Assembly (NCBI GenBank): GCA_026025075.1
Contig: JAPEUI010000072.1
Span: 1 to 64,000, forward strand
Reading direction: 5' to 3'
DNA: 64,000 nucleotides
Origin: Vezdaea acicularis
Taxonomy: Eukaryota
The notes under the pieces were generated by a model. The model searched no databases. It was not told the origin of the DNA and saw only the letters and a list, made by a program, of their open reading frames with translations. Position 1 is the stretch's first letter; each line of letters begins with the position of its first letter. Of the stretch, positions 25,751-37,505 are shown piece by piece. The position numbers and the translations under genes were made by a program.

Positions 25751-27654
25751 TCGGGCTCCAAATTCCGCTCGCAAACCCGGAAGTTCTCTTGGTCCGAATA
25801 CTACCTCACTAAAGGCACCTCGCCTATAGACCTCGCCGGTTGTGGCTGAATGTAGAAGGCGTGACGAAATGAGGTATCGCTTGACTTTTACACAGTTAGC
25901 GCTCGTACTGCTAAGAGGAAAAGATTTTCCGACGATGGTTGCATTGAGCACAGTCCAATGCCTGGTGTCCCACATCTGCAATACTACGGGCACTTTATTT
26001 CGAGGCGGTCCAAGTGGACCCCCACTTTGATCATGAAGTACGCAGTCTAGCGGGAAAAGGGCGGAATGCAGCCGGTGAGCCTAAGGGCTTGCATGGCCGC
26101 ACCATTCTGCATCGCGTAGCTTTATCCCCATCTATTACTGTCACCGACAAACGCAGGGCACAGCTGTGGGGGAGTGATCAGATGACGGAAATGCGGACCA
26201 TACCGATGCCGCGAGGTGGCGTCCGCCACTAGAAAGTGATCAGCGCATGCTAAACAGCGACGTGTGAGCATTCGTTGGACTATCTCACAGCTTTCTAACC
26301 GAGATCGTGAGAGGTTCTTTTCTTCCCACAGGAGATTGGGATGTAAGGATGAAAGGATGGAAAAAGTTCAGCAGCTGAACGTAAAGAAACCACCAAGGTC
26401 TCGGCTCTATTGAGAATATTCCTAGGAGAGAGTTGTGCCAACATCAACTTCGTGGAGGCTTTCAGGCCTAACGAACAAGATGTCATGGTTGCAGAAGGCC
26501 TGAAAACTAAGACTAGACTCACGGAGAATGTCACGAATTGGGTTAGATAGGCATCTGTCACCCCCGCCAAATCCTTCTGAAAGCATTGATCAACTGAGGT
26601 TCTCGAGTTTACTCGGCTTTTGACTATACCAAGTCATCAGCAATCACCTCGACCAGTCCTTGGATACCATGCTTGGGTTTTTGGTTCTCATTGCGTTGCG
26701 CTGCATGTGTTTGCATCAATCGACTCAAAACTCAATGTTTTCATGCAGTATCATTCAGATATAGCGATATACTTCTCTAACTGCTCGTCAATGCTTTGCG
26801 ATTAATTATGAAGCTGCTTAGTTGAGCTTTCTGCCTCATGCAATGCTCCACGAGCCTTGCTTTTGGATGTGTTTGCACGTCTGCACTAAGCTCCTGAGTT
26901 TGTCCGTGTTGCAGCAAAATCGACTCGTACCCTCGATTTGCCGTGTATATGTCTGACGATCAATGCGTGCGGCTTTGCCATGTTCGGCCCCGTCCCGTCT
27001 CATCTACCTCCGCACCTCTCATTTTCGGCTTCACGCAGAAGTTGGGTCATGCACATGCCCCCCCCTCCCCCCTTTGTCTCGAATCCTCCGATCCGAAAGT
27101 GCGCCGCTGACAAAACCACCCGCGCCTGCAGCCACGACGAGAACACTTTCGAACGCTTGGACGATTTGGAACCGAGATCTCCACTTTTTCAAATGTTGCT
27201 TGATCAGCGTCATACTGCTGTCCTCGGCAGCAGTCTTGGTCAGCGGTCTTTTTCTGCCTTAGACCCACACAACGGATCGAGATGCTTCGAGCCCGGAATG
27301 GGCTTGCGGCAGTACCTTCCTAACTCAGTGGGAGCATGGCTGACGAGGTTATGTGGGAGCACTGCTTCTTCGGCAGAATAATAGGGGGTGTCATTAGTGG
27401 GAAAATTTCGAGTCTGGGGTCAGGCTAATGGACGCGAGCTGCGGGTCCTCACAATGGCTTCTTGGACGGTCGACCGTCATGGAGGAGACTCGTCATGACA
27501 GATTTTCTTGCTCTCCCTGCGGGACTACGATGGCGGATGCTTGAGCTGAGCGATTTCTCATGGCTGTACACGACACCCCGTGGGAACGTAGCGCAGCACA
27601 TGGCTTCAGCTTCAGATACGAAGACACCCTGTGGGAATTTAGCGCGGTACACAT

Positions 27655-27681
27655 CTCCAGCTCCAGCTCCAGCTCCAGCTC
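27655..27681. repeat. (CTCCAG)n hexamer microsatellite, about 4.5 copies
   Basis: ctccagctccagctccagctccagctc read directly. Confidence 0.75.
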
Positions 27682-29548
27682 GGAAGATTACTCTAGATCC
27701 CCAACCGAGCAGCTTCAATCCCCCATAGTAGTACATCCTCCACAGCGTCAACACCACATCTGTGTTCGTTGAGAAGCCCTTATGCCCGTATCGACCTCTG
27801 GAACAGGCACACCTTCGTCCTAACTCCGTGATCCTGCCCTAACCAAGCCCTCATCCGTCCGCTCATCACCTCCATCTCCAGACCTTTCCACTTTCCCATT
27901 ATCCCAACTCCCGCCAGGACCCTCTCCGTCACCATCATCAACAACCAAACCCATACACAAGAGCTCGGAAAGAGGGTGTCAATTCAACCAGACCAAAACT
28001 CTGCGTATGGGAGAAAGGGTCAGTGGTGCGAGGAAGCGACTTTCCACCTCCTTTTGGCCTCCAGGAAAAATAAAAGAAGGTAGGGGGAGATAGGCGGGAT
28101 AGGGGGGAATAGCGATGATTGTTCAAGGGGAGAGAGTAGGAAGGGCGTAAGGAAGGGGGCAGGAAAGGGAGGGAAAGGGGTAGGAATAGGTTACAAGACA
28201 GACGTCTTCGCGGTGCACAGCGCGTGTAAGCCGGATATCCAGGGGGGGGAGGGAGGCAAGGCATATGTCCTAGGGACTAGAGCTAGGAATATATAAATAA
28301 TAACTTTTCGAGAATATACAGGTGTGACGATGCTTCCTCCCCCTTTCCCCCCTTCTCAAACCCCCCCCCCCCCCTTTCTCCCGAATGAATGGATAGGACA
28401 AGAATAAGGATAAGAGTAGGATAGGATGGGTAGGTAGGCAGGCAAACAAGCCGCGCTCCAGAAACCCCACCCCCCCGCGCAACCGAGAGAGAGGAAAACA
28501 GACGACTTGAGAAAGATGAGAAAAGGGGAGGAGAAAAGGGGGAGGAGAAAGGCAAGATTCGTGATTCGTTAACGCGTTATTTTTTAATCCCCTTCGCATC
28601 CATCATCCCGTTGTCGAAAAAACAATCCGTACAATCCCAAAGTGGGGATCCAGCCCCCATCTCATCTCACTCGATCCGACTCGATCCAGCTCGATCCGAG
28701 CCAACTCACTCACTCCTCTATCATTCCATTCCTATCCCATTCCCCTCCAATCAGAAAACTCTGCATGTACGACCTCTCCTATCCCATCTCAGTACCACTA
28801 CAAGAACCACCCAACCGCCAACCACCAGCGATCTCCGCTTTGTCTCTCCGCTTTGTCTCTCCGTTTTCTCTCCGTCCTCCTCTCCCTTTTGTCGACATCT
28901 AAATGGTATCACAACAGAGCGCTAAAACGCCCGGACCATCAGCTCTCTATTCTCTTTTTCGAAAGACTCGTCTGCGTCGCTTGTCGGCGACTAGGCGACT
29001 AGCCCTCCCCACCCACACACACAAAGAAAGGTAAGAGGAAAAGGGGGGAAATAGAGAAGAGGACGAAGAGAGGAAGAAGGAAACCTGCCCAATCCCCTGA
29101 ATGAGTGAATGAATGAATGGATAGAACCTCTCCCGGCCTACTCCCGATGTTGCGCTGAAGAGACAGGGTTTCACACGCACACATATTTTTTAGTCCACCC
29201 CCCCCCCCTCTCATTTCCCGACGGGATCCCTCCATTCCGTTGTATTATGAAAAAAACGCGTACCCAAAGGAGAGAAAAAGTGATTGCCTGCCCCCATCCC
29301 TGAAACCCCTACTTTTATGGGCGCAGATAAAAAAGTACTGAAAAGTGCTGAATCGATCGAGGGGGGTGTGTACACAGGATGCGCCCAACAAAATGTACAA
29401 CAGTCCCCCCAATCCCATTTTCCGCTCCTCTGGAGAAGGACGACGACGGTCGATGCGCGTCCGCCGAGTACGATGTCGACGGCACATCCCTACAAAAAAC
29501 CCGTGCCGCGCATATACAGAATCTCGTGAATGTCCCAGCAAACTGCTA

Positions 29549-32106
29549 CTACTCCTCCCCAACCTCTTCCACCTCGCTCAGCCCCCGGCGGCCCATCCCA
29601 GGCGCTGCACCAACCCCGACACTTCCCGCCAGCGCGCCAGTCGCGCCCCCAGACGCAGTATGTACATTCCCGACAAGCACCTCACGCTTCTCCGGTATGG
29701 GCTCGTCCTTCATACACGCGTTCTCGAGCAGATTGGTCCACTTGCCGCTGGTGCCGGCATGCGAGTGTTTGAGGTGCTGGCGGAAGTGGTCGGCGCGGAA
29801 GAACTTCTTCGCCTGGTTGCACTCGCCGAATTTGTGAACGGTGGTCAGGTGTTCGAAGCGCACGTCCCAGTTTGCCGGGAGTGGGAACTCTTCGCCGCAG
29901 TAGCCGCAGATGTCGCAGGCGGGTCGATTGGAGGAGTGGGCGGAGATGGTCGTTGGGAGGGAAGGGGGCGGGGAGAGGGCGGAGGTCGGGGATGTCCCGG
30001 TTGTGGGCGTCGAGGGCTTGGATGACACAGAAGAGTGGTAGGCGGATTTATAGTCGGAGAGGGCGGCGCACGACCACGAGTGGCGGCGGAGGTGCAGGCT
30101 GTTCTGGTGACGCTCGGCCTCGTTCTTGTTCTTGAAGCGGCTGTGGCAGTAGGCGCAGGTGTATTGTTTTTCCATCGCGTGGAGTCTGCGCCAGCCACGA
30201 AGTAACGATTAGTTTCATAGGCCAAGGATGACGTTGGATTTAGGGGAGGGACAGTCACGTGACCGGATGGATGCCTGAAAACTTAAATTATAGGGTAAAA
30301 CTTACTGTAGTTCTTCATGGCTATCGAATTTTTTCGGCTTCTTCGGACAGCACTCGCAGATCAGCATCCCCTGAAGCTTCGACGAGCCGTGCATTTTAGG
30401 ACCGTCACCGGAGAGTTTGCGCGCTGATGGCATGGGTTTGGCTTCCGAAATTGATAGATGGTGCGCGCGTGACAGCGAGCCCCGCGGACTGGGGCCGACG
30501 GACGCGGATGTCACATACGGCGAGTCTTGATCCATCTCTGACGATGGTGAGATGCGGTTCGGCGATGGTTGATCGTAGGAGGAAATGCTCGTCATACTGC
30601 TCGCGGCGAGGCTGATGCCAGAAGTCGAAGCATAAGATCCATTTCTGGGTAGCGAGGAGGTAGACGAGACGGAGCTGTGGTTGGGATGGAAACGATGCGC
30701 GGCAGACGTCCTCTGGTTGAGATGGTGAGCCGATGGACGGCGCTGGAGTTCCCCGGATTGATTCCCAGCCCCACGCGGAGGAGACGAGGCCCTTCTCTTT
30801 AGCGATTGTTTGGATTGTGGAGACCAGTCTACGCCCACGCGCGGCGGAGGTGAGCGTTCTCGGATCGCGAGATTTCTGAAGCTCGTCTCCTCCGCCTGGA
30901 ATTCTGTGTCGTCGTAGCTACCCCTGTTCGAACGACCAGCGACGCTGTATCCGTCATCAAAGAGCGCCCCGCTTTCCGATCTCTTGATGCTTCCCACGCG
31001 ACTGTGTGAATGGTACTCGACGGAGCTTGCAAGTGAAGAGACACTACTCGAGTGGCCCCTCCAATCCATAAAGCTCTCGGAGCCGTGTCTCGATGAAAAT
31101 ATCGGCGATCTCGCGGTATCTGGGCTATCCACCCATCGTGATGGAGAACTGATGCTGTCCGTGAGTGACAGTGGTTTTAAGCGAATGCCGTCTCGTTCGG
31201 GCGAGTTATTCGATGTCGGTGACTGCTCGGCGCTCGTGACCAGCGGCCGAAGACTTGGATGTGGTGAGAGTGCTTTCCGTGAGTTGTCTGCCCGGCTTGG
31301 ATCCAGTTTCGATAGCATGCTCTGGTCATATCGATGGCAGGAGGTGCGGAAGTTGTCATGCTCAAGGTGCTTCTCGCCCTGGAGTCTATACGGGACGAAC
31401 ATTCTCTGTTAGCTTTTTGCAATGGGAGCCAGGCGGTGGATGCTGCCATTTAAGGCTGATCTAGCCGCCGTTGCTGATGGAGGCTGAAGTCCTATCTAGG
31501 TGACTCGGTTCGAGACCGACTACGGCTTACACGCTAGGATCTCGTCCCAGTGCCCGTAGACGCATAAGGTGAGATTGCGTAAAGAAATCTCGAAGCTACT
31601 TACTGAAAGTTCCGAAGGCTGGAGCCGGAGAGGCTCGAGTAGCCCTCGTCCGGCAGACGATACCGATCGACAGGTTTCATGTCGTCGTCCGATGGTCGGA
31701 CGGTTCTCGTGCTGTCCCGTCGTCTCGCGTCAAATTCAGCCTGATGCTCAAACTCGTCACGGCGCGCCCGATCGCCGAAGAGGCTCGACTTGGGGTTGAC
31801 CGATCCATATGCGCTGTTCCCGAACGCACCGTGCTCGCTGTTGCCAAATTGCCAGCCCAGGTCGACCTCGGGCCCTCCGTCGGGACCGAGGCCGTCCAGG
31901 TGTCTTGGAGGTGGCAGCGGTGGCGGAACCGGTTCTCTCGCGCCAGGAATCGACATTCCCCCCGTTGCTATCGAGCGTGGGTCTGATCCATATGGCTGCG
32001 GTCGAGAGCCGAAAGGACGACGATTGGGAGAGTCATCGTCGTAATGGATCGATGGCAGGGAGTTGCCATTTGAGCGCGACCCACGAGACGGTGACGGAAT
32101 GTCCAT
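29549..32106 (-). CDS. C2H2 zinc-finger transcription factor (introns 31386-31603 and 30186-30305)
   Basis: Three ORFs join in frame: ...CECCPKKPKKFDSHEELQ-LHAMEKQYTCAYCHSRFKNKNEAERHQNSLH...CGYCGEEF...HLTTVHKFGECNQAKKFFRADHFRQHLKHSH; long Ser/Pro-rich N-terminus. Confidence 0.9.
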
Positions 32107-35100
32107 GCTGAGGTTTTGTGCTCGCCACGAGCTGAAGGCTGGGACAGAATTGCCGCCAGTGCTGCAACGCCGTTCTTAAGCAAAGCTGGAGGTGGCGACG
32201 ACGAGGTCACGGATGTCGAGAGGCGACGATGTTATTCGTGCCGTGTCGCCAAGCACGCGGCGATGGAAGAAGAGATTGAAGCGGATGCACCAGGACAATT
32301 CGTATCTGGCTCACCAGCTGAACCGCATCGACCGTCCGAAAAGGTCGTCGTGAGGGCGTAAAATGGGGTGGGGCGGGCGTGGGTCGTGTCGTGCTGAAGG
32401 AGAGGAGCGCGCGGTTAGATGCGAGCGCAGGACGCTGAAGTAGGTTGCGGTGGGAGTGGGCCTCTCCGTGTCAGCGGGCGAGTGGGCATCAGTGTCTTAG
32501 TGTGTCGAATGGCCGTCTAGTCGACCCTTAGGGGGTTGGTGGGGTCGAACTACGGCCGCGTTTTGCCTGGGGAGGGGGGGGGCGGCCCTTCCTCGCTCTT
32601 CAGCCCTACCGATGGGGAGCAAAGAGGAAGGGACGGGCGGGCGGGAAGGAAGCACTTGTCGCCGTAATGCGATACGGAGCACAGCCACGACGACGGCTCG
32701 AGAGCGGAAGCGCCAAGGAGCGACGAGCGAGCGAGCGCGCGAGCCGGCGCCGGAACGTCGTCACCTGCTACGGACGAGAGACGAGGGCGACGGGCGGAGG
32801 GAGGTGCGACGGCGACGGCGAGATCGAAAGGCGTGCGAGGGGTGGATGGCGAACGACGTGATACATAAGAGGGATTGGAGGACGGAGAATTGGCCAGCTC
32901 TGAGCGTCGCAGGGCTTGCGCAAAATACACCTCTCTTCCTTCAGACGGTGCATGGGAGGGGGAGGGGCCTACCTATAATTACGTAGGGAACGGCGCAGCT
33001 GGTGCTCTGACGCCTTCCCTGCGGTCAATTGTCGGTGGGTTAAAGAGAAGGGTAGCAATCGGTGTTTAGCCCTAGCATACGAGGGGGGGCGTCTCTCCTT
33101 AGTCCTTACTGGCGTGGTGGTCGACTTATGCAATGAGGGATGCGCCCTCAGGATAGCAACGGCGACAATTCACGAGGGGACAGGCATTCGCTCTAGTTTC
33201 TAAGGGAGCCGGCGGGCTAGTGATGCGCGCGCGCGACCGGCTCTGGCTCCCCCACCCCTCCCTCAACGTGCTCTCCAAAAGAAAAAAAAAATCGCCGGAA
33301 CTAAGAGGGCGGACGGATTGGCGCGCTGCAGGCAATCCGCGCTGGCTCTCCATTCAATACAGTAGGCATTGCGTGACGGCGCGGCGGCCGGCTGACGGCC
33401 GGCAGCGGGCTGCGGGCAGCGTGTCTGGTGCATATGGCGACTGGACACGCTGGCACGGCGACGGGGAGAGGACAGAGGTGCAAGCAGAGGGGCAAAGGGA
33501 GGGGCGCGGTGGGCAAGGACGTGCCGTGCGCTCAACATCAACGGCGACGTCGATCATCAGCCTCTAGCTCGCCCCTTCCCACCGTCGAGACGGTCCCGCA
33601 GCTGGTCAGCAATGATGATGTCCGTCCATGCGAACGGCGAACCTAATCCGTCTGGCCCAGCCCATCCGGTGGTGCTGGAACGCACGGTGGGGCCCGGGTA
33701 TGACGGAGAGGTTGGTCAACGTACGAATGGAGCCCAGGGAGGGGTGGTTCCTCGAGGGCGGAGGAGGGGGGGAAACCGACGGTGAGACGGCTGACGCTTG
33801 GCGGTCCTCGCTCGTCGTATTTGCTTCGGCCGGACGTGAGCATGAGGGCTGGCGATGTGGCCTCCTGGCTTTTATGAGCGCTGGTTCCCCCCCAAAGATG
33901 TCGCCCTCTCCGGATGAGACTCGACGGTGGGGGGGAGACTGGCAAGCGACCGCTTAACGCCGACGTGTCTGCGGCCTCCAAGGAGCTCCAGCGGACCATC
34001 GTCCCTCGATTGGGGTTCCCTGCTTCGGCGGGATGAGAACCATGGGAATCATGCTCATCGCGCGCGTCCCAGGCCATATCGTGCGGTGGACGGGGCCGGA
34101 TGTATCCTGCACTCCTTTACGGCGCTAAGATACTTTCGGCCGCCACCTTCGTCCGTAACGGCGTTCGTCAGAGGGCGGGTGGTGAGGCGAGGCGACCGCC
34201 TGCGCGTCCTCGCAAGGCGTTGGCCCACACGAAAGGAAGATGCCGCGTGCGGGCTTGGCCGAAAAAGCACTACCGTGACGCCCTGGACGGGAGAATGTAA
34301 CGCTTATCGCCGACGGGCCTGCGATCAGCGTCGTATTGGGACGTACCGGATCGCTCGATATGTACTTATCCACCTGCCTTGGCCGCTTTGCGACCGCCGT
34401 CGGTCGCCGTGGTACGGGCGCGCGAGCGCTACGAGGGCGAGAAGGAATCCGCCGCTGCGAGATGATTGACAAGATTTTCGCATGAAGACGTGCGGAGACG
34501 CCCTCGCGCGCATGAAGCCGGAACGGGGGGGAAGGGGGCAAGCGACCAGGGAGAGAAGGGAGAGGAGGCCGCCAGAGACGACTCTTCAAACAGTCATCAC
34601 ATCATTCCCGGTTTCGAGCAGATTCCCACGCTGTGCGCACGCTCCCGATGCAAGCGAGCAAGGGCGGATGAAACACGACGGCCGATCGCCCAGTGCAAGC
34701 TGCCAGTGACATCCGCCCAGGAAGACCCCGCGTCACGGCGACGCCGGTGGAGGTGTACGCGAGATTGGCCCTTCGCCGGATGCAAATGGGCAGCGGAGGG
34801 CGTCAGGCTGGTCTGACGCACTAGGCTGCTTGCGGTGGGTGGTGAAAGGGGACCAATCAGCGGCCGAGGCACGGATTCTGCTACTCGGAGAGGGAGGAGG
34901 CGCACTTCTCGCTGCAACCTTGTTCACCGTGATGGGAGAGAGCGGGGAGGGGATGAAGTGCGTTGCGGGCGTTGCGTTTGCGAGCGAGCGAGCGAGTGAG
35001 CCAGCGGCCATGCTGAGGGGGAGCAAGCGACGATGTGCTTCGGTTAGAACAGAACGTGTGGGGTTGAAGCAGCTTGGCCCGGGTCGGGCGGTCAGCCCTA

Positions 35101-35403
35101 ACGAGCGGACGACACGAGACGCGACGACACGGCCGACTCCCTCCAACAGCGGATGCGTGTGCGACTCTCCGCCCTGTGAGGATGAGGACATGGGACATGT
35201 GCGCGACTGGTGATGCCGTGAAGAGGCTTGCCGCTCGCTTGGCACGTTCGATGCCGCGTCCACGGACATCCCGTCTCCTCGACCTCCCCCCTCGCCGCAG
35301 CCGTGTCTCCCGTCGCCGTCTGCTGTCTGGTTGGTCCGCCCTTCGACTGCGCGCCGGCTATGGAGAGAGGGACAGAGCGAGAGAGGTGGAGAGACCGCAC
35401 GAA

Positions 35404-35436
35404 AGCGAGAGCCAGAGCGAGAGCCAGAGCGAGAGC
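35404..35436. repeat. 12-bp tandem repeat (AGCGAGAGCCAG), about 2.7 copies
   Basis: agcgagagccagagcgagagccagagcgagagc read directly. Confidence 0.7.
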
Positions 35437-36427
35437 AAGAAGAGGGGCCCGCTGCTCCCTGTCACCACGGCCGATGATCGGGGCCCGTGATGACGGCGAT
35501 TCCGATGTGGCCGCTCGCTCTTGCCCCCTCGTTCATGGCCATCTCCATCGCTCTTGCCCGTCAAACACCACGGCCATGCTCTGCGGAACTCAAAGTCAGA
35601 AAGAGTGAGGGAGAAAAGAGGGAGAGCGGAAGGAACGTCGACCACGGGTCGGACGTCACCCTTCCTGCCCGCCTTGTCGCGGGATGCTCATGCCTCTTGC
35701 TGCGCCCTCAACACCCCCAACGGCAATCATCCGTTCTCTAGGTACATACCCCCTCGGATCCTGCTTAGATCCTATCCTCTCTGTGCTTCCGTGCGACCGT
35801 GGTCTAGGACAAGATACGCGTGCGAGCTGCAAGTTACATTGGCCGAGGCTTGGTCATTGCATCGTCAGCAGTCCACCCGGCTCCTCCTCGACGTTTCTGC
35901 CCCCAAATATTCCGCTCTCGGCTCGTCCTCAACGCACCGCACGCGATCTGGTACGGGGGCGCGGGATCGGACGGCTTGACGATGCCTTGAGAGGGGAGGT
36001 TTTTGGAATTGTAGAACCGCCATGGGGGAGGAGCCAAGGTCGGGTCTAGGTGCGCCTTACACTAGACGGGGAGAGAGTCGGTGTTACGAGCTGCAGCCGT
36101 CATCAAATGGAGCGACATGCAGGTGAGATGCATGGCCGCCGGCGAGTAACTCACCTTTCCACAAACTATCGTCAACCTCGCTCGAACGCGCTCGTCGATG
36201 GCCGTGCTCGCGGTGATTGGCTGCTTTTCGAGCTCTGGCCTCCAGAGGGTTGGCGAAGGGAAGAAAGCAACGCGGGCCCCACCGCGGCATCCTAAGCGCC
36301 GGATTCTCGGTCCACGCCAGCGAGCGTCCGAGCAATGGAACCACATGCTGTCATCTGATGGTACGACGTTGGCCGCCCTCGTCTGTCGCAACCGCACAAG
36401 GTATCCTTGCCCTCTCGCTCCGTGCTT

Positions 36428-36496
36428 TGCTCCGTGCTCCGTGCTCCGTGCTCCGTGCTCCGTGCTCCGTGCTCCGTGCTCCGTGCTGCGTGCTCC
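36428..36496. repeat. (TGCTCCG)n heptamer minisatellite, 8 perfect plus degenerate copies
   Basis: Perfect copies at 36428-36483, then tgctgcg tgctcc. Confidence 0.9.
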
Positions 36497-37505
36497 AAGC
36501 TCCGTGCCCAGAGGTGGCCGAGCGCGGTTTGAGGCGTTCGTGATCCATCGCGATCAGTCACCCGGGCGAGGAGAGACACGGAGGTGAGACCTGGCGAATG
36601 GCACCGTCCCCTTCACTAATTCCGAGAAGGCTGGTGGCTTGCCCGAGTGGAGCGGCCGGAAGGGTGATGGTTAGGGCTGTGGACGAAAGCAGAGTGCGTA
36701 ATCTAGATCGACGTCGAGCAAGCTGCCGACGCTCGATGGCTTCGAGCCAGAGCAGCCGCTAACTCGGCCGTGATTGGGCGCGTCCGTGACCTTCCAGACG
36801 CCATAAGGCTGCCGTGACGCCTTCGAAACATCGCCGCGCGCCCCGGCCCAAGTTGGTCATCGATCCAAGTCCGGTCATGCCGCCTTCATCCGCCGTTGAT
36901 TCGCCGGATCAACATCGCGAGGCTCTCCGGATGGCGCTCTCGTGTTGATCTGGGGACGACCCTCCCTCCGCTTGGGACCCAGTCTTGAGTGCATCCATTC
37001 GTCCACACCGTGCCGCAGGCCCTGAAAGGAGCATGGTGATTCGAATGCATCAAGTCACGACCGGAAACGGCAATCACCGTGCACGCAACGTGGACGCCAC
37101 ATCGAGTGCACCCAGCCACAGGAACCTTAAGCCCGTTAACGACTCTATCGGGGTCAAGCGGCCTCCCTCCAAAGCCATCTGCGTACCTGTATGCGAGGGT
37201 GAAGTCGCGTGCACCTGGTTTGGGTAGGGCAGAACCCTCCAGCAAGCTCGGCTGTTCAACTTGCCGGCTTCGTGACCAGTCCAGAAGGCGCCTGCATAAA
37301 AGCGGAGGCCGCTTTGACCGAGAGGGCTGATGCTAGTTGTCCTCGAACCCATACGCTTTTCACACCCGACTCCTCCTGCCGCAACGATCGGTGTGTCCGT
37401 GCTCCCATGACAGAATCCAGTAATGGGCCGAGATCCGACCATCTTAAACACCGAGCTCTGATGACCGAAATCTCCCGCGCCGGCCGACCCACTCCACTCG
37501 TCCAC

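Noticed and set aside
26938..27772. Orphan gene from ORFs 26938-27381 and 27560-27772
   Set aside because: No consistent splice model or recognisable motif; cannot be supported from sequence alone
36428..36496. Possible CRISPR-like or telomeric array
   Set aside because: Spacer-less 7-bp tandem repeat in a eukaryote, and not TTAGGG
32400..37400. Dense ORFs upstream of the C2H2 TF
   Set aside because: Same GC artefact; repeats such as RAPCSVL derive from the minisatellite
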